A stretch of DNA of 62,361 bases, filler included. It is 4 parts of 4 records of this genome, joined end to end, with 100 filler letters (N's around TTAATTAATTAA, not from the genome) between each part and the next. Parts side by side here need not be neighbours in the genome. Positions count along the whole stretch, not along the records: positions 56,934 to 62,361 come from SRR20825019_3024; 3 more parts are not named here. One strand, written 5' to 3'. This document shows, in pieces, positions 61,074 to 62,361 of this stretch (its first letter is position 1; the number at the start of each line of letters is the position of its first letter). The translations under genes were made by a program, and so were the position numbers. Below the pieces are notes generated by a model, which was given only the letters and a program-made list of their open reading frames with translations, was not told the DNA's origin and did no database searches.

Positions 61074-62361
61074 TTACGTGCTCCGCACGCCCACTTCCGC
61101 ATTGGCATGGGGCCAGGGTTTGCGTTTGTTGAGGTAAAAAACCACGGCAAACACGGCGAGCGCGGCGATGTTGACATAGAGGTGGGCCGGCCACATCAGG
61201 GCGAAGCCGACCGCGCCGATCACCGCGCGTTCAAGCAGGTTCATCTTGTTTTCCCAATGGCCATCCAGGGCCGCGCAGAGCGCCCAGAAGCCGAAAACGG
61301 CGAACCCGAACACTTCCAGCATCTCCCCCCAATTACCGCTCATGAGCGGCGTGAAGGCGATCAGGAAGGGGACGAAATACAGCCCTTTGGCAATTTTCCA
61401 GGAATAGAACCCGGTCAGCATCGGCGGCGATTTGGCGATGGCGGCGGCGGTGAAGGAGGCCAGGCATACGGGCGGAGTCACGTTGCTGTCCTGGGACAGC
61501 CAGAACACGATCATATGCGCCGACAGCAGGGCGGTCGCCAGAACGGGCGCGGTGAAGGCCGTGTCATACAGCAGGGACAGGCTTTCAAACGGCATGCCCT
61601 TGATCAGCGCATGGGCCTGATCGAATGGCATCGGGCCGGCGAGGGCTGCGATGGATTCGGGCGCGGTCAGCATGAAGATCGCCTTGGCGGCGTCCGGCAG
61701 GGTGCCGCTCACCAGCTGTTCGATCAGCTGGTCCTGCAGGATAAGCTGGTTGAGCGCGGGGGCCGAAAGGGTGCCCAGAACGATATAGGCGGCGGTGACC
61801 GGCAGGCCCATGCCCAGAACGAGGGAGGCCAGGGCCACCAGGATGATGGCGATGGAGAGGGAGCCGCCTGCCCAATTGGTGATCATCAGCGAGAAGGTGT
61901 TGCCGAGGCCGGTTGTTGAAATGACATTGACGATGAGGCCGACGGAGCACAACAGGATGGCTGTCATGATCATGTTCCGCGACCCGAGCTCAAGGGCGGC
62001 GATGATCTCTTTCAAGCCCATGCGGTTCGGGGTCAGCCAGGACGCCCCGATACAGGTCAGGATTGCGAAACCGGCGGCATATGTCGGCGTGTAGCCGATG
62101 ACCAGCATTCCGATCAGCAGGGCGACCGGGATGATGAAGGGCGGGCCGCCTTCCTTGAAGACCTGCCAGACGGTCGGCGAATTCTCGTCCGGCGGCAGGA
62201 TGGCGTTCACCTTCCGCGCCTCGATCCGGACGAAGAAGGCAACGGTCAGAAAATACAGGATGGCGGGCAGGATGCTGACCATCACGATGGTGGTGTAGGG
62301 AAGCTGGGTGATGGAGGCCATGACGAAGGCGCCGGCGCCCATGATCGGCGGCATCAGCTGC
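61074..62361 (-). CDS. TRAP transporter fused permease (4TM/12TM), 5' truncated
   Basis: QLMPPIMGAGAF, LGMGLPVTAAY, SNVTPPVCLA. Confidence 0.93.
   Translation of the reverse strand, partial: QLMPPIMGAGAFVMASITQLPYTTIVMVSILPAILYFLTVAFFVRIEARKVNAILPPDENSPTVWQVFKEGGPPFIIPVALLIGMLVIGYTPTYAAGFAILTCIGASWLTPNRMGLKEIIAALELGSRNMIMTAILLCSVGLIVNVISTTGLGNTFSLMITNWAGGSLSIAIILVALASLVLGMGLPVTAAYIVLGTLSAPALNQLILQDQLIEQLVSGTLPDAAKAIFMLTAPESIAALAGPMPFDQAHALIKGMPFESLSLLYDTAFTAPVLATALLSAHMIVFWLSQDSNVTPPVCLASFTAAAIAKSPPMLTGFYSWKIAKGLYFVPFLIAFTPLMSGNWGEMLEVFGFAVFGFWALCAALDGHWENKMNLLERAVIGAVGFALMWPAHLYVNIAALAVFAVVFYLNKRKPWPHANAEVGVRST

Noticed and set aside
1-62361. CRISPR arrays, rRNA, IS transposases
   Set aside because: No regularly spaced repeat-spacer pattern, rRNA motif or transposase motif was seen

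Overview
The window is four unrelated contigs joined by 100-nt artificial linkers (44 N + TTAATTAATTAA + 44 N at 30835-30934, 38944-39043 and 56834-56933), as in a concatenated metagenome. (1) 1-30834 is an AT-rich Bacteroidetes fragment (T9SS cargo proteins, TAnnTTTG promoters). It carries several regulator-plus-secreted-target modules: Crp/Fnr; a SigK-like ECF/anti-sigma pair with three visible copies of a candidate promoter; a hybrid two-component system followed by three small secreted paralogs; and a TPR kinase/LytTR pair. It also has Hsp20 and an unexplained three-gene operon (ComEC-like metallo-beta-lactamase-fold hydrolase, 1469-aa beta-rich protein, propeller/LamG/coiled-coil protein). 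(2) 30935-38943 is a GC-rich microbial eukaryote fragment with a TDP2-like phosphodiesterase and a Clu-domain gene split by at least ten 50-60 nt GT-AG introns. (3) 39044-56833 is alphaproteobacterial: MerR/cation transporter, a DUF1835 gene with a highly structured, possibly pseudoknotted 5' leader, LysR/MBL hydrolase, pepF, an acyl-CoA ligase, a flagellin-glycosylation-like cassette, and purK/purE. (4) 56934-62361 is probably alphaproteobacterial: the end of an integrative element (tyrosine integrase, tRNA-Ser-like 3' att fragment), a TM-HEPN-like gene, a degenerate P-loop gene and a TRAP permease. The best novelty candidates are the MBL/giant/LamG operon, the DUF1835 leader RNA with its small N-terminal domain, and the ECF regulon. 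All family calls come from motif recognition by eye; no searches were run.
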